Shown: positions 21,269 to 30,692 of the stretch, piece by piece
Numbering within the stretch: position 1 is the first letter of the stretch
Layout of the letters: the number at the start of each line of letters is the position of its first letter
Source of the DNA: an uncultured Planctomycetaceae bacterium
GTDB taxonomy: Bacteria; Planctomycetota; Planctomycetia; Planctomycetales; Planctomycetaceae
Assembly: GCA_963813715.1 (NCBI GenBank)
Contig: CAWFAK010000017.1
Span: 1,088,001-1,152,000 of the forward strand
Length of the DNA stretch: 64,000 nt
Direction of reading: 5' to 3'
Position numbers and translations under genes: made by a program
The notes under the pieces: generated by a model
Database searches by the model: none
Told to the model about the DNA's origin: nothing
What the model saw: the letters and a program-made list of their open reading frames with translations, nothing else

Positions 21269-22147
21269 ATGCCGGAACGAAAGCTGAAACTGGGCATCCC
21301 GGCTGGGAGCTTGCAAGAGGCGACGGCCGCGCTGTTCAAAAAGGCCGGTTACAACATCACGTTCTCGTCGCGGTCGTATTACCCGCAGATTGACGACCCG
21401 GAGATCGAGTGCCTGCTGATCCGCGCCCAGGAGATGGCCCGCTATGTGGAGGAAGGGATCCTCGACGCGGGCATCACCGGCCACGATTGGATCGTCGAGA
21501 CGCAGGCCAAGATCGTCGAGATCTGCGAACTTGTCTTCTCCAAGACGAGCCGCCGCCCGGTCCGGTGGGTACTCTGCGTTCCCAACAATTCGCCAGTGAA
21601 ATCGGTCAAGGATCTGGAAGGAAAACGGATCGCCACGGAAGCGGTTGGGCTCACCAAGGCTTTCTTGGCTCGACATGGGGTCAACGCACGGGTCGAGTTC
21701 TCCTGGGGCGCGACCGAAGTCAAGCCGCCGCGATTGGCGGACGCGATCGTCGAAGTCACGGAAACGGGCAGCTCGCTCAAGGCCAACGATCTGCGGATCC
21801 TGGAAGAAGTCCTACAAAGCACCACACGTCTCGTTGCCAACCAAGCGGCTTACAAAGACGCCTGGATCAAGACCAAACTCGACAACATCGCCCTCATGCT
21901 CCGTTCGTGCCTGGCCGCAGAGGGCAAAGTCGGCGTGATGATGAATGTGCAGCGCAAGGATCTGCCGGCGGTGCTCTCGAAGTTACCCGCGCTACAAACA
22001 CCGACTGTTTCGTCCTTGTCGGATCCCGACTGGGTCGCTCTCAACACGATCGTCGATGAATCGCTGGTCCGCACGATGATGCCCGAGCTGCGGGCTGCCG
22101 GCGGTCGGGGCATTGTCGAATATGCGATCAATAAGATCATCGACTGA
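21269..22147 (+). CDS. hisG: ATP phosphoribosyltransferase (long form)
   Basis: [44 protein letters not shown]-terminal PTVSSL regulatory domain. Confidence 0.96.
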   Translation: MPERKLKLGIPAGSLQEATAALFKKAGYNITFSSRSYYPQIDDPEIECLLIRAQEMARYVEEGILDAGITGHDWIVETQAKIVEICELVFSKTSRRPVRWVLCVPNNSPVKSVKDLEGKRIATEAVGLTKAFLARHGVNARVEFSWGATEVKPPRLADAIVEVTETGSSLKANDLRILEEVLQSTTRLVANQAAYKDAWIKTKLDNIALMLRSCLAAEGKVGVMMNVQRKDLPAVLSKLPALQTPTVSSLSDPDWVALNTIVDESLVRTMMPELRAAGGRGIVEYAINKIID

Positions 22148-22149
22148 CG

Positions 22150-22905
22150 ATGCCCGTTGACAAGTCCGACCGACGCATTCGGGAGATGTTCGGCGAGATC
22201 TCTCCCCGGTACGACTTCCTCAACCATTTTTTGTCGGGTGGTACCGACTTCTATTGGCGCTGGCAGTGCGTCCGTTCGGCGCCGGTTGAAAACGAGCTGC
22301 CAATCCTCGACGTCTGCACCGGAACGGGCGATCTGGCCATCGCCTTCTGGCGTCGAGCCGGCGGCCGAGTTCGCGTCGTCGGGGCCGACTTCACGCACGA
22401 AATGCTGCGGATCGGTGTTCGCAAAGTCGAAGCACTTGGTCGTCACACGGCACATTCCGGCGGATGCACGCGAGCGGCCATCGACTTCGTCGAGGCGGAC
22501 GCGCAGCGTCTCCCCTTCGCCGACAACCAGTTTCAGATCGTGACCGTCGCCTTCGGACTGCGGAACGTTGCCGATACTCAGCAAGGTCTGCGTGAAATGG
22601 CCCGGGTCTGCGCTCCGAGCGGACGCGTCGTCGTCCTCGAGTTTTCGCTGCCGCAAAACCGGCTGATCGGCGGGCTTTACGGCTGGTACTTTCGCCATAT
22701 CTTGCCGCGGATCGGACAGCTCATTTCGCGGAACCGCCAATCGGCCTACAGCTATTTGCCCGACTCGGTGTCGGAATTTCCCAGCGGACAGCGCCTGGCG
22801 GATATGATGAATTCGTGCGGCCTCGAGCGCGCGACCTGGCAGCCGCTGACGTTTGGCTTGGCGACGGTTTACGTCGGGGTGAAACCGGGCGGGAAAATGA
22901 CTTGA
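22150..22905 (+). CDS. ubiE: UbiE/MenG family quinone C-methyltransferase
   Basis: MFGEISPRYDFLNHFLS, LDVCTGTGDLA, VAFGLRNV, AYSYLPDSV. Confidence 0.92.
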   Translation: MPVDKSDRRIREMFGEISPRYDFLNHFLSGGTDFYWRWQCVRSAPVENELPILDVCTGTGDLAIAFWRRAGGRVRVVGADFTHEMLRIGVRKVEALGRHTAHSGGCTRAAIDFVEADAQRLPFADNQFQIVTVAFGLRNVADTQQGLREMARVCAPSGRVVVLEFSLPQNRLIGGLYGWYFRHILPRIGQLISRNRQSAYSYLPDSVSEFPSGQRLADMMNSCGLERATWQPLTFGLATVYVGVKPGGKMT

Positions 22906-22945
22906 GCCGTTCGGCTGCTCGATCGCGCGAGAAGATCGCTGGTCT

Positions 22946-23536
22946 ATGAATGACGTGGTCCTCGGGATTACCGGTGCCAGCGGGGCCGCTTATGCGAAGC
23001 GGCTGCTGGAAGTGTTGCTAGGTGCGAGTGTCCGCGTTCACCTGACCATCAGCCCCGCCGGCGCGCAGGTCCTGTGGACCGAATTAGGCCTGGCCTGCGA
23101 ACTCGACAACTTTGAGTCGCGATCGCTGGCGCTCGCCGTGGGAACCGAACGCCTGACTTACCACCAGTATCAGGACTTTTCGGCGTCGATCGCCAGCGGT
23201 TCGTTCGTGACCGGCGGCATGGTGATCTGCCCCTGCTCGATGGGCACGCTGGCAGGCGTCGCCAACGGTCTCTCGACCAACTTGATCCTCCGGGCGGCCG
23301 ACGTCCATCTGAAAGAGCGGCGGAAACTGATTGTCGTGCCCCGAGAAACGCCGCTGGGCAGCATTCAGTTGGAAAACATGAAGCGTCTGGCCGACGCCGG
23401 GGCGGTGGTGCTCCCCGCGATGCCCGGCTTTTACCATCAACCGAAATCGATCGAGGACCTCGTCGATTTCGTGGTCGCGCGAATTTGCGACCAGCTCGGT
23501 GTGCCAGTCGAATTGATGCGTCGCTGGGGAACGTAG
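22946..23536 (+). CDS. ubiX: Flavin prenyltransferase UbiX
   Basis: GITGASG, IASGS, PCSMGTL, RAADVHLKERRKL, PRETPL, PAMPGFYHQP. Confidence 0.95.
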   Translation: MNDVVLGITGASGAAYAKRLLEVLLGASVRVHLTISPAGAQVLWTELGLACELDNFESRSLALAVGTERLTYHQYQDFSASIASGSFVTGGMVICPCSMGTLAGVANGLSTNLILRAADVHLKERRKLIVVPRETPLGSIQLENMKRLADAGAVVLPAMPGFYHQPKSIEDLVDFVVARICDQLGVPVELMRRWGT

Positions 23537-23594
23537 ATCCTGCCGGGCACTTGACATCGGTCCGTCAATCGATTGTCATTTGTCCAAGCCCATG

Positions 23595-23707
23595 TGGCAC
23601 GCTGGGTGTCCGTGGGCGGCTCTGTTTGCAGCGCCGTGGGTGCGGACCGCAAGGTCCGCGAGGCGCTGGTTCATATGCCAGGAGCCGATGGGTTCACCTG
23701 CCTGCCA
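23595..23707 (+). ncRNA. Candidate structured RNA (long irregular hairpin capped by a GCAA tetraloop), unassigned
   Basis: Nested pairings UGGCA/UGCCA, GGGUG/CACCU, UCCGU/AUGGG, CGGCUC/GAGCCG, CAGCGCC/GGCGCUG and GCGGACC-GCAA-GGUCCGC; TTGACA at 23551. Confidence 0.35.
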
Positions 23708-24065
23708 AAATCTCGCCTGCCTTGTTTCGTTGCATGCCAGCCGGTGCGCGCCGCGTCCATACGGCGCCGTCTTCACTCGTCATTCACGGGACGCGTCCTT
23801 GAAATTCACGACGAACAGCCAGACTGTCTGCCGGGTAAACTCAGGGATTGCCCCTACAGGCTGCCAAGTCAGCTCGAGACGACCTGAAAGCATGCCCAGT
23901 AAGACAATTCGTTAATGGTTTGTGGGTACGAGAGTTGCACTTACGGTCGGGCTCATTGGCTGAGGCAGGACAATCTGCCGTCAGCGGCCCGCCAAGCAAC
24001 TTCCAGCCTTTTTGCCTCGTCTGTGACCGGGAATTCTCGGTCGAACGGTTAAGGGAGACCATGGA

Positions 24066-25361
24066 ATGATCACTCGCCCGAATCGACGCGATTTCCTGCA
24101 CGTGGGTTTTGCCGGAGGCATCGGACTCACGCTGGCAGACCTCTTCCGCCTGCAAGCCATAGGCGGGGACGAGCAATACAACACGTCCGAAGGCAAAGCC
24201 AAGTCCGTCATCTTCATCTACTTGCCCGGCGGTGCGCCGCATCAGGAGACCTTCGATCCCAAGCCGTTCGCACCGGTCGAATACCGCGGCCCGATGAGCT
24301 CGATCGCGACGAATGTCGACGGCATTGTGCTCAATGAGTGTTTGGCGCAGACGGCCAAGGTCTGCGACAAGCTCGCGCTCTGTCGCTCGATGACGCACGG
24401 CGAAGCAGCCCACGAGCGGGGCACGCACAACATGTTCACCGGCTACAAGCCGAGCCCGGCCCTGGCGTTTCCGAGCATGGGCAGCGTCGTGACGCACGAA
24501 TTCCCGCCGCGCAACAATCTGCCGCAGTACGTCTGCATACCGAGCATGCCGAACGAGTTTGCGGGGACAGGCTACCTGAGCTCTTCATTCGCGCCGTTCA
24601 GCCTCGGCGGCGATCCGGCCGACAATGGTTTCACGGTGCAGGATCTCAAGCTGCCCGGCAGCGTGAGCGATGGCCGCTTCAGCCGTCGCCGCCGCATCCT
24701 CGATGCGGTGAACGATTACTTCGAACACAAGGAAAAGGCCGACTCGCTCAAGGCGGTCGACACGTTCTATCAGCGAGCCTACTCGATGGTCAGTTCGCAG
24801 AAGGCCCGCGAGGCATTCAACATCAAGGCTGAGCCGGCCAAGCTTCGCGATGAGTACGGCCGCAACACGGCTGGCGCCCGCATGCTATTGGCTCGGCGGT
24901 TGGTCGAGGCGGGCGTTCGCTTCGTGACGATGACGTATGGCAGCTGGGACCTGCACGACAACGTGCAACCCAACATCAAGAATCAATTGCCGGCCTTCGA
25001 CCAGGGGTTTGCCGCCCTGATTCGTGATCTCGAGCGTCGCGGGCTGCTCGCCAGCACGCTGGTGTGCATCGCCTCGGAATTCGGCCGCACGCCCAAGATC
25101 AACGGCACGGCCGGCCGCGACCATTGGCCGAAGGTCTTCACCGTGGTGATGGCCGGCGGCGGCATCAAGGGCGGCTTGTCGTACGGGTCCTCTAACGCCA
25201 CTGCCAGCGAGCCCGAGGATAAGCCGCTGTCCGTGGAGGATTGGGCAGCTACGATTTACCAGTGCCTAGGAATCAATCCCGAGAAGAAACTGTTGGCCCC
25301 GGGCGCCCGGCCAATCGCGATTGTGAAAGACGGAGAGGTCCGCAAGGAATTGCTGGCGTGA
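24066..25361 (+). CDS. DUF1501 family protein with Tat signal
   Basis: NRRDFLHVG, IYLPGGAPHQETFDPKP, LLARRLVEAGVRFV, WDLH, SEFGRTPKIN, GRDHW. Confidence 0.92.
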   Translation: MITRPNRRDFLHVGFAGGIGLTLADLFRLQAIGGDEQYNTSEGKAKSVIFIYLPGGAPHQETFDPKPFAPVEYRGPMSSIATNVDGIVLNECLAQTAKVCDKLALCRSMTHGEAAHERGTHNMFTGYKPSPALAFPSMGSVVTHEFPPRNNLPQYVCIPSMPNEFAGTGYLSSSFAPFSLGGDPADNGFTVQDLKLPGSVSDGRFSRRRRILDAVNDYFEHKEKADSLKAVDTFYQRAYSMVSSQKAREAFNIKAEPAKLRDEYGRNTAGARMLLARRLVEAGVRFVTMTYGSWDLHDNVQPNIKNQLPAFDQGFAALIRDLERRGLLASTLVCIASEFGRTPKINGTAGRDHWPKVFTVVMAGGGIKGGLSYGSSNATASEPEDKPLSVEDWAATIYQCLGINPEKKLLAPGARPIAIVKDGEVRKELLA

Positions 25362-25584
25362 TGATCCGCGCAGGCGCGGCCCGCAAAACTACAGCAGATG
25401 ACGCTTTCCAGCCTGGACCTTCGTCGAGGACTATTCATTCGAGCGGGATACTTTGCGAGTCGCGAACGCAGGCGCCGGCAATCTTCGGCGAGCCACCCCG
25501 ACCGGGATGCTCGTTGACGCCCGCGCGATTCGTGTGTTCTTTTTCTCCCGCCAGTTGGCTCCGCCGGTAACCGGAGAGGAATCA

Positions 25585-28035
25585 ATGCGACAGTTTCTCC
25601 GTTTGATGGGCTTGTTCTCCTTCGGGTTGGCCATCGCCCTAGCCGATGGCGCGGCGGCTTGGTCCGCTTCTCCATCGCTGGGCGTGATTTTGCCGCGCGG
25701 CCTGCAACGTGGCGCGACGAGCGTGCTCACGTTTCACGGCGGGAATCTGGCCGACGCGAAAGAGATCTTGTTCTTCTCGCCCGGTTTCGAAGTGACAAAG
25801 CTCGAGCCGAGCCCTGGGGCCGTCAAAGCGACGATCAAAGTCGCCAAGGACTGCCGGCTGGGCGAACATGTGGCCCACGTCCGCACGGCGACGGGACTGA
25901 CCGAGTATCGCACGTTTTGGGTCGGTCCGTTTCCGGACGTGAAGGAGAAAGAGCCCAACAGCGACTTCAAATCGCCGCAACCCATTCCGATGAACGTGAC
26001 CGTCGCCGGCGTGATCGACAACGAAGACGTCGATTACTACGTGATTGACGCCAAAAAAGGACAGCGGATCAGTGCCGAGATCGAAGGCATGCGGCTCGGG
26101 GTGACGATGTTCGACCCGTACATCGCGATTCTCGACTCCAAGCGATTCGAGCTGATTACGGCCGACGACTCGCCCCTGTTGAAGCAGGACGCGCTCGCTT
26201 CGATCATTGCCCCGGCTGACGGCAAGTACGTCATTCAGGTCCGCGAGAGTTCCTACGGCGGCGACGGCAATTGCCACTACCGGCTGCACGTCGGCAACTT
26301 CCCGCGACCGATCGCCGTTTACCCGGCCGGCGGGAAACTCGGAGAGGAAGTTCAGGTCCGCTTCCTCGGCGATCCGACCGGCGACATCGTGAGGAAAGTG
26401 AAGCTGCCCTCGCAGGCCGTGCCGGATTTTGGCCTCGTTCCAGAAGACGCGACCGGGACGGCGCCCTCGGAGATTCCGTTCCGCTTGTCGACGGCCGGAA
26501 ACGTCCTCGAGAAGGAACCTAACGACACGCTCAAGGAGGCCACGCCGGCCGAACTCCCGAACGCGCTGAACGGCATTCTGGAGAAGCCGGGCGACGTCGA
26601 CTTCTTCAAGTTCAACGCCAAGAAGGGTCAGACCTACGAAGTGGAGTGCTATGGACGGCGGATTCGCTCGGCCATTGATCCGGTGATGTACCTCTATAAC
26701 GCACAGGGGGGCGCGCTACTGGCCAACGACGACTCGCGCGGTCCCGATCCGTACTTCCGCTTCACGGTTCCGGCGGACGGCGAGTACTACCTCTCGATCA
26801 CCGACCACTTGAAGCGCGGCGGGCCGGGTTTTGTCTATCGCGTCGAATTCCTCCCCGTCGAGCCGAAAGTGACGACCGGATTGCCGCAGGTCGCCCGCTA
26901 TTCCCAGTTCCGTCAGCAGATGTACGTCGCGCGGGGCAACAGGTTCGGCGCGGTCATTTCCGCCAGTCGTGAGAACTTCGGTGGCGACCTCTTGCTCGAC
27001 CCTCGGAACATGCCGCCGGGCATCAAGGTGATCGCCGACCCGATGCCGGCCAACGCCAGCACGATGCCCGTGGTGTTCGAGGCGGCCAAAGACGCGCCGC
27101 TGTCGGGACGGCTCGTTGACCTGCAGGCCAAGAGCATCGATCCCAAGCTCAAAGTCAGCGGCGGATTCTTCAATCATGCTGAGTTCGTGATCGCGGCTCC
27201 GGGGCAGTCGCTCTTCAGCTGGTGCGACGTGGACCGCATGGCCGTGGCCGTGCTCGATGAGCTGCCCTACACGCTCGAAATCGTCGAACCGAAAGTGCCC
27301 CTCGTGCAGAGCGGGCTGATGCAGCTCAAGATTCGTGCCCACCGCAAGCCCGGCTTCGTCGAGCCGATCAACGTGCAAGTTCCGTTCTTGCCGCCGGGCG
27401 TTGGCGGAGTTCCCGCAGTCGACATCCCCAAGGGTCAGAACGAAGTGCTGTTTCCGCTCAACGCCAACGGCGGGGCCGAGGTCAAGAAATGGAAAATCTT
27501 CGCCCTAGGTTCGGCCAACGTGAACGGCGGGGCCGCCTGGGCCTCCTCGCAAATGGCCAACCTGGAGATCACGCCTCCGTACATCCAATTCAACATTCAG
27601 CGGGCCGCCGTTGAGCAGGGACAGAAGACCGACCTGGTTTGCGGCGTCACGGTGAACCATCCGTTTGACGGCGCGGCCAAGGTGCAGGTGTTGGGATTCC
27701 CGCCCAAGGTCACGTCGCCCGAAATGGAATTGAAAAAGGACATGAAGGAGCTGGTCTTCAAAGTCTCCACTGAGAAAGCCAGCCCCGCGGGGACCCACCG
27801 CAACATCTTCTGCCAGGCGATCATTATGGAGCACGGCGAACCGATCGTGCACTACGTCGGCGGAACGGAGCTGCGGATCGATCAGCCTCTGCCGGCGCCG
27901 ACCAAACCGGCCGCCGCCCCTGCGGCGGTCGCGAAAAAAGAAGCGCCGAAAGCAGCGGCCGCCCCCAAACGGCTCACGCGGCTGGAGGCACTCCGTCTCG
28001 AGGCCAAAGAAAAAGCGCAAACCGTCGCCAAGTGA
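25585..28035 (+). CDS. Secreted PPC (pre-peptidase C-terminal) repeat protein of planctomycete type
   Basis: Signal peptide; repeated EKEPN...DVDYY/DVDFF...DP and NDD modules; no protease catalytic motif seen. Confidence 0.8.
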   Translation: MRQFLRLMGLFSFGLAIALADGAAAWSASPSLGVILPRGLQRGATSVLTFHGGNLADAKEILFFSPGFEVTKLEPSPGAVKATIKVAKDCRLGEHVAHVRTATGLTEYRTFWVGPFPDVKEKEPNSDFKSPQPIPMNVTVAGVIDNEDVDYYVIDAKKGQRISAEIEGMRLGVTMFDPYIAILDSKRFELITADDSPLLKQDALASIIAPADGKYVIQVRESSYGGDGNCHYRLHVGNFPRPIAVYPAGGKLGEEVQVRFLGDPTGDIVRKVKLPSQAVPDFGLVPEDATGTAPSEIPFRLSTAGNVLEKEPNDTLKEATPAELPNALNGILEKPGDVDFFKFNAKKGQTYEVECYGRRIRSAIDPVMYLYNAQGGALLANDDSRGPDPYFRFTVPADGEYYLSITDHLKRGGPGFVYRVEFLPVEPKVTTGLPQVARYSQFRQQMYVARGNRFGAVISASRENFGGDLLLDPRNMPPGIKVIADPMPANASTMPVVFEAAKDAPLSGRLVDLQAKSIDPKLKVSGGFFNHAEFVIAAPGQSLFSWCDVDRMAVAVLDELPYTLEIVEPKVPLVQSGLMQLKIRAHRKPGFVEPINVQVPFLPPGVGGVPAVDIPKGQNEVLFPLNANGGAEVKKWKIFALGSANVNGGAAWASSQMANLEITPPYIQFNIQRAAVEQGQKTDLVCGVTVNHPFDGAAKVQVLGFPPKVTSPEMELKKDMKELVFKVSTEKASPAGTHRNIFCQAIIMEHGEPIVHYVGGTELRIDQPLPAPTKPAAAPAAVAKKEAPKAAAAPKRLTRLEALRLEAKEKAQTVAK

Positions 28036-28112
28036 TTTGGCGAGCTGACACTCGCCGTTCGCCAGCCAAATACCGGACCAAAGCAGAGAACGGAATCGGG
28101 AGAGCAAGAGTT

Positions 28113-30569
28113 ATGCGACAACGAGTTCGCCCCCAATTGCTGGTCATTGCTGTCGCGTTCGCCGCGGCCCTGGCACCGGCCTCGACCTTTGCGGCCGAAT
28201 CCGCTCCGCTGCCCAAGCCGGCCGAGATTCTTGTCTTTCCCCCCGACGTCGAGCTGACGACGGCCCGGGACCGGCAGTCGCTGATCGTCCAGGCTCGCTA
28301 TCCCGACGGCATCACCCGCGACGTCACCGCCGACGCGAAGTTCGTTTTGGCGGACAGCAAGTTGGCCCGCTTTGACAATCACACGCTCTATCCCGTTGGC
28401 GATGGCAAGACGCAGCTCGACGTGACCTACGCCGGGCTCAACGTCAAGCTGCCGGTAACCATCAAGAATGCCAAGCTCGATCCGCCGATCAGCTTCAAAC
28501 TCGACGTGATGCCCGTCTTCATGAAGGCCGGCTGCAACATGGGCAGCTGCCATGGCGCGGCCCGCGGCAAGGACGGCTTTCGCCTGTCACTGTTCGGCTT
28601 CGACCCTGATGGGGACTACCAGCGCCTGACACGCGAACTTTCCGGCCGCCGCATCAACCTCGCCCTGCCCGAAGAGAGCCTGATCATCCAGAAGGCGCTG
28701 GGCAAGGTGCCGCACACCGGCGGCAAGCGCTTCGAGGCCGGCTGCGAGATGTACCAGACGCTGATGCGCTGGCTCAACGCCAGTGCTCCGGCCGACCCGG
28801 GAGAAGTCCCCAAGGTCGTGTCTGTCGAGCTGTATCCGAAAAACGGCGTGCTCGATGGCAAGGGAGCCACCCAGAAGCTCACCGTCCGCGCCAAGTACTC
28901 CGACGGCACCGACCGCGACGTCACCACGCTCGCCTATTACATGACCAATAACGACGTCTCGGCCGCCGTCTCGCAGGACGGTGTGATCACCGCCGGCGCG
29001 CGGGGCGAGGCCTTCATCATGGCCCGCTTCTCGACGCACACCGTCGGCTGCCAGTTCATCGTGCTGCCCAAGGGTCTCAAGTTCGAGTTCCCCAAGGTGG
29101 CCGAGAACAACTACATCGACACGCACGTTCACGCCAAGTTGAAGAAGCTTCGCATTCAGCCCTCGCCGGTCTGCGGCGACGAAGAGTTTCTGCGGCGGGT
29201 GACGATCGACGTCACCGGCACGCTGCCCACGGTCGACGAATATCGCCACTTCATGGCCGACAAGTCGGCCGACAAGCGGGCAAAGGTCGTCGACGATCTG
29301 TTGACCCGCAAAGAGTTCGTCGAAATCTGGCTGATGAAGTGGGCGGAGCTGTTGCAGATCCGCACCAACCAGAACATCAGCACAAAGTCGATGCTCTCGT
29401 ACTACACCTGGCTACAGAACAAGATCGCCAACAACGTGCCGATGGACGTGATGGTGCAGGAGCTGTTGGGGTCGGCGGGCGGAACGTTCGCGAACCCGGC
29501 TACCAACTACTACCAGAACGAGACCGACACGCTGAAGACGGCCGAAAACGTGGCGCAGGTCTTCATGGGCATGCGGATCCAGTGCTCCCAGTGCCACAAC
29601 CATCCGTTCGACCGTTGGACGATGGATGACTATTACGGCTTTGCCGCCTTCTTCTCGCAGATCGGCCGCAAAGGTTCCGAGGATCCCCGCGAGCTGATCG
29701 TCTTCAATAGCAGCAGCGGCGAAGTCGCCCACCCCGTCGGCGGCCGAGTGATGAAGCCCAAGTTCCTGGGCGGCGCGACGCCCGACGTCGCCGGTAAGGA
29801 CCGGCGGCAAGTTTTGGCCAAGTGGCTGGCCTCTCCTGAGAACCCCTACTTCGCCAAGAACCTGGCCAACATTGTCTGGGCCCACTTTCTCGGCCGGGGC
29901 ATCATCCACGAGGTGGACGACGTCCGCGTGAGCAACCCGGCCGTCAATCCCGAGCTGCTCGACGAGCTGGGGAAAAAGTTCACCGAGTATCACTACGATT
30001 TCAAGCGGCTAGTCAAAGACATCTGCGCTTCGCGCACCTATCAGCTCTCAACCGAGGTCAACCCGACCAACCTCGACGACCATCGCAACTTCGCCCATGC
30101 CGAGCTGCGCCGCATGCGGGCCGAGGTGATGCTCGACTGCATTAGCCAGGCGACCGACACCAAGAATAAGTTTCCTGGGCTGCCGTTGGGAGCCCGTGCC
30201 GTGCAAGTGGCCGACGGCAACACTTCGACCTACTTCCTCACAACCTTCGGCCGCGCCACCCGTGGCACGGCCTGCTCTTGCGAAGTGCGAGTGGAGCCGA
30301 ACTTGTCGCAGGCCTTGCACCTGCTCAACGGCGACAGCTCGAACTCGAAAATTCACGAAGGCCAGCTCGTCCGCCGGCGGCTCGACGCAAAGAAGCAGCC
30401 GCTCGAAATCCTCGACGAGTTATACATCCGCTGCCTCTGCCGGCAGCCGACCGAAAAAGAGAAAGCGGCCGTGACCGCGATGATGACCGAAAACTCCTAC
30501 ACGCGGCAGGTGTTGGAAGACACGTTCTGGGCCCTGCTCAATTCGCGGGAGTTTTTGTTCAACCACTAA
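28113..30569 (+). CDS. DUF1549/DUF1553 protein with Ig-like domains and haem-binding motifs
   Basis: Signal peptide, CNMGSCH, NYIDTHV, EFLRRVTID, IQCSQCHNHPFDRW, NPELLD, QALHLLN, WALLNSREF. Confidence 0.9.
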   Translation: MRQRVRPQLLVIAVAFAAALAPASTFAAESAPLPKPAEILVFPPDVELTTARDRQSLIVQARYPDGITRDVTADAKFVLADSKLARFDNHTLYPVGDGKTQLDVTYAGLNVKLPVTIKNAKLDPPISFKLDVMPVFMKAGCNMGSCHGAARGKDGFRLSLFGFDPDGDYQRLTRELSGRRINLALPEESLIIQKALGKVPHTGGKRFEAGCEMYQTLMRWLNASAPADPGEVPKVVSVELYPKNGVLDGKGATQKLTVRAKYSDGTDRDVTTLAYYMTNNDVSAAVSQDGVITAGARGEAFIMARFSTHTVGCQFIVLPKGLKFEFPKVAENNYIDTHVHAKLKKLRIQPSPVCGDEEFLRRVTIDVTGTLPTVDEYRHFMADKSADKRAKVVDDLLTRKEFVEIWLMKWAELLQIRTNQNISTKSMLSYYTWLQNKIANNVPMDVMVQELLGSAGGTFANPATNYYQNETDTLKTAENVAQVFMGMRIQCSQCHNHPFDRWTMDDYYGFAAFFSQIGRKGSEDPRELIVFNSSSGEVAHPVGGRVMKPKFLGGATPDVAGKDRRQVLAKWLASPENPYFAKNLANIVWAHFLGRGIIHEVDDVRVSNPAVNPELLDELGKKFTEYHYDFKRLVKDICASRTYQLSTEVNPTNLDDHRNFAHAELRRMRAEVMLDCISQATDTKNKFPGLPLGARAVQVADGNTSTYFLTTFGRATRGTACSCEVRVEPNLSQALHLLNGDSSNSKIHEGQLVRRRLDAKKQPLEILDELYIRCLCRQPTEKEKAAVTAMMTENSYTRQVLEDTFWALLNSREFLFNH

Positions 30570-30692
30570 GGCAGCGCCGGCGCTAAGCTGGAGTATGTGG
30601 CGGGATCTTGCCGAGCAAGGGATAGCCGCCCCTGCGGAACCGCCCTAAGGAAACAACAACAGATTTTGCACGGACGCGGGATGGGTGATTCG

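Noticed and set aside
23595..23707. SRP (4.5S) RNA
   Set aside because: Size and rod shape fit, but the conserved CAGG...GGAA...AGCAG domain IV sequence is absent on both strands.
25585..28035. Subtilase-type protease
   Set aside because: Only PPC-like repeats are visible; no subtilase Asp/His/Ser catalytic motifs were found.
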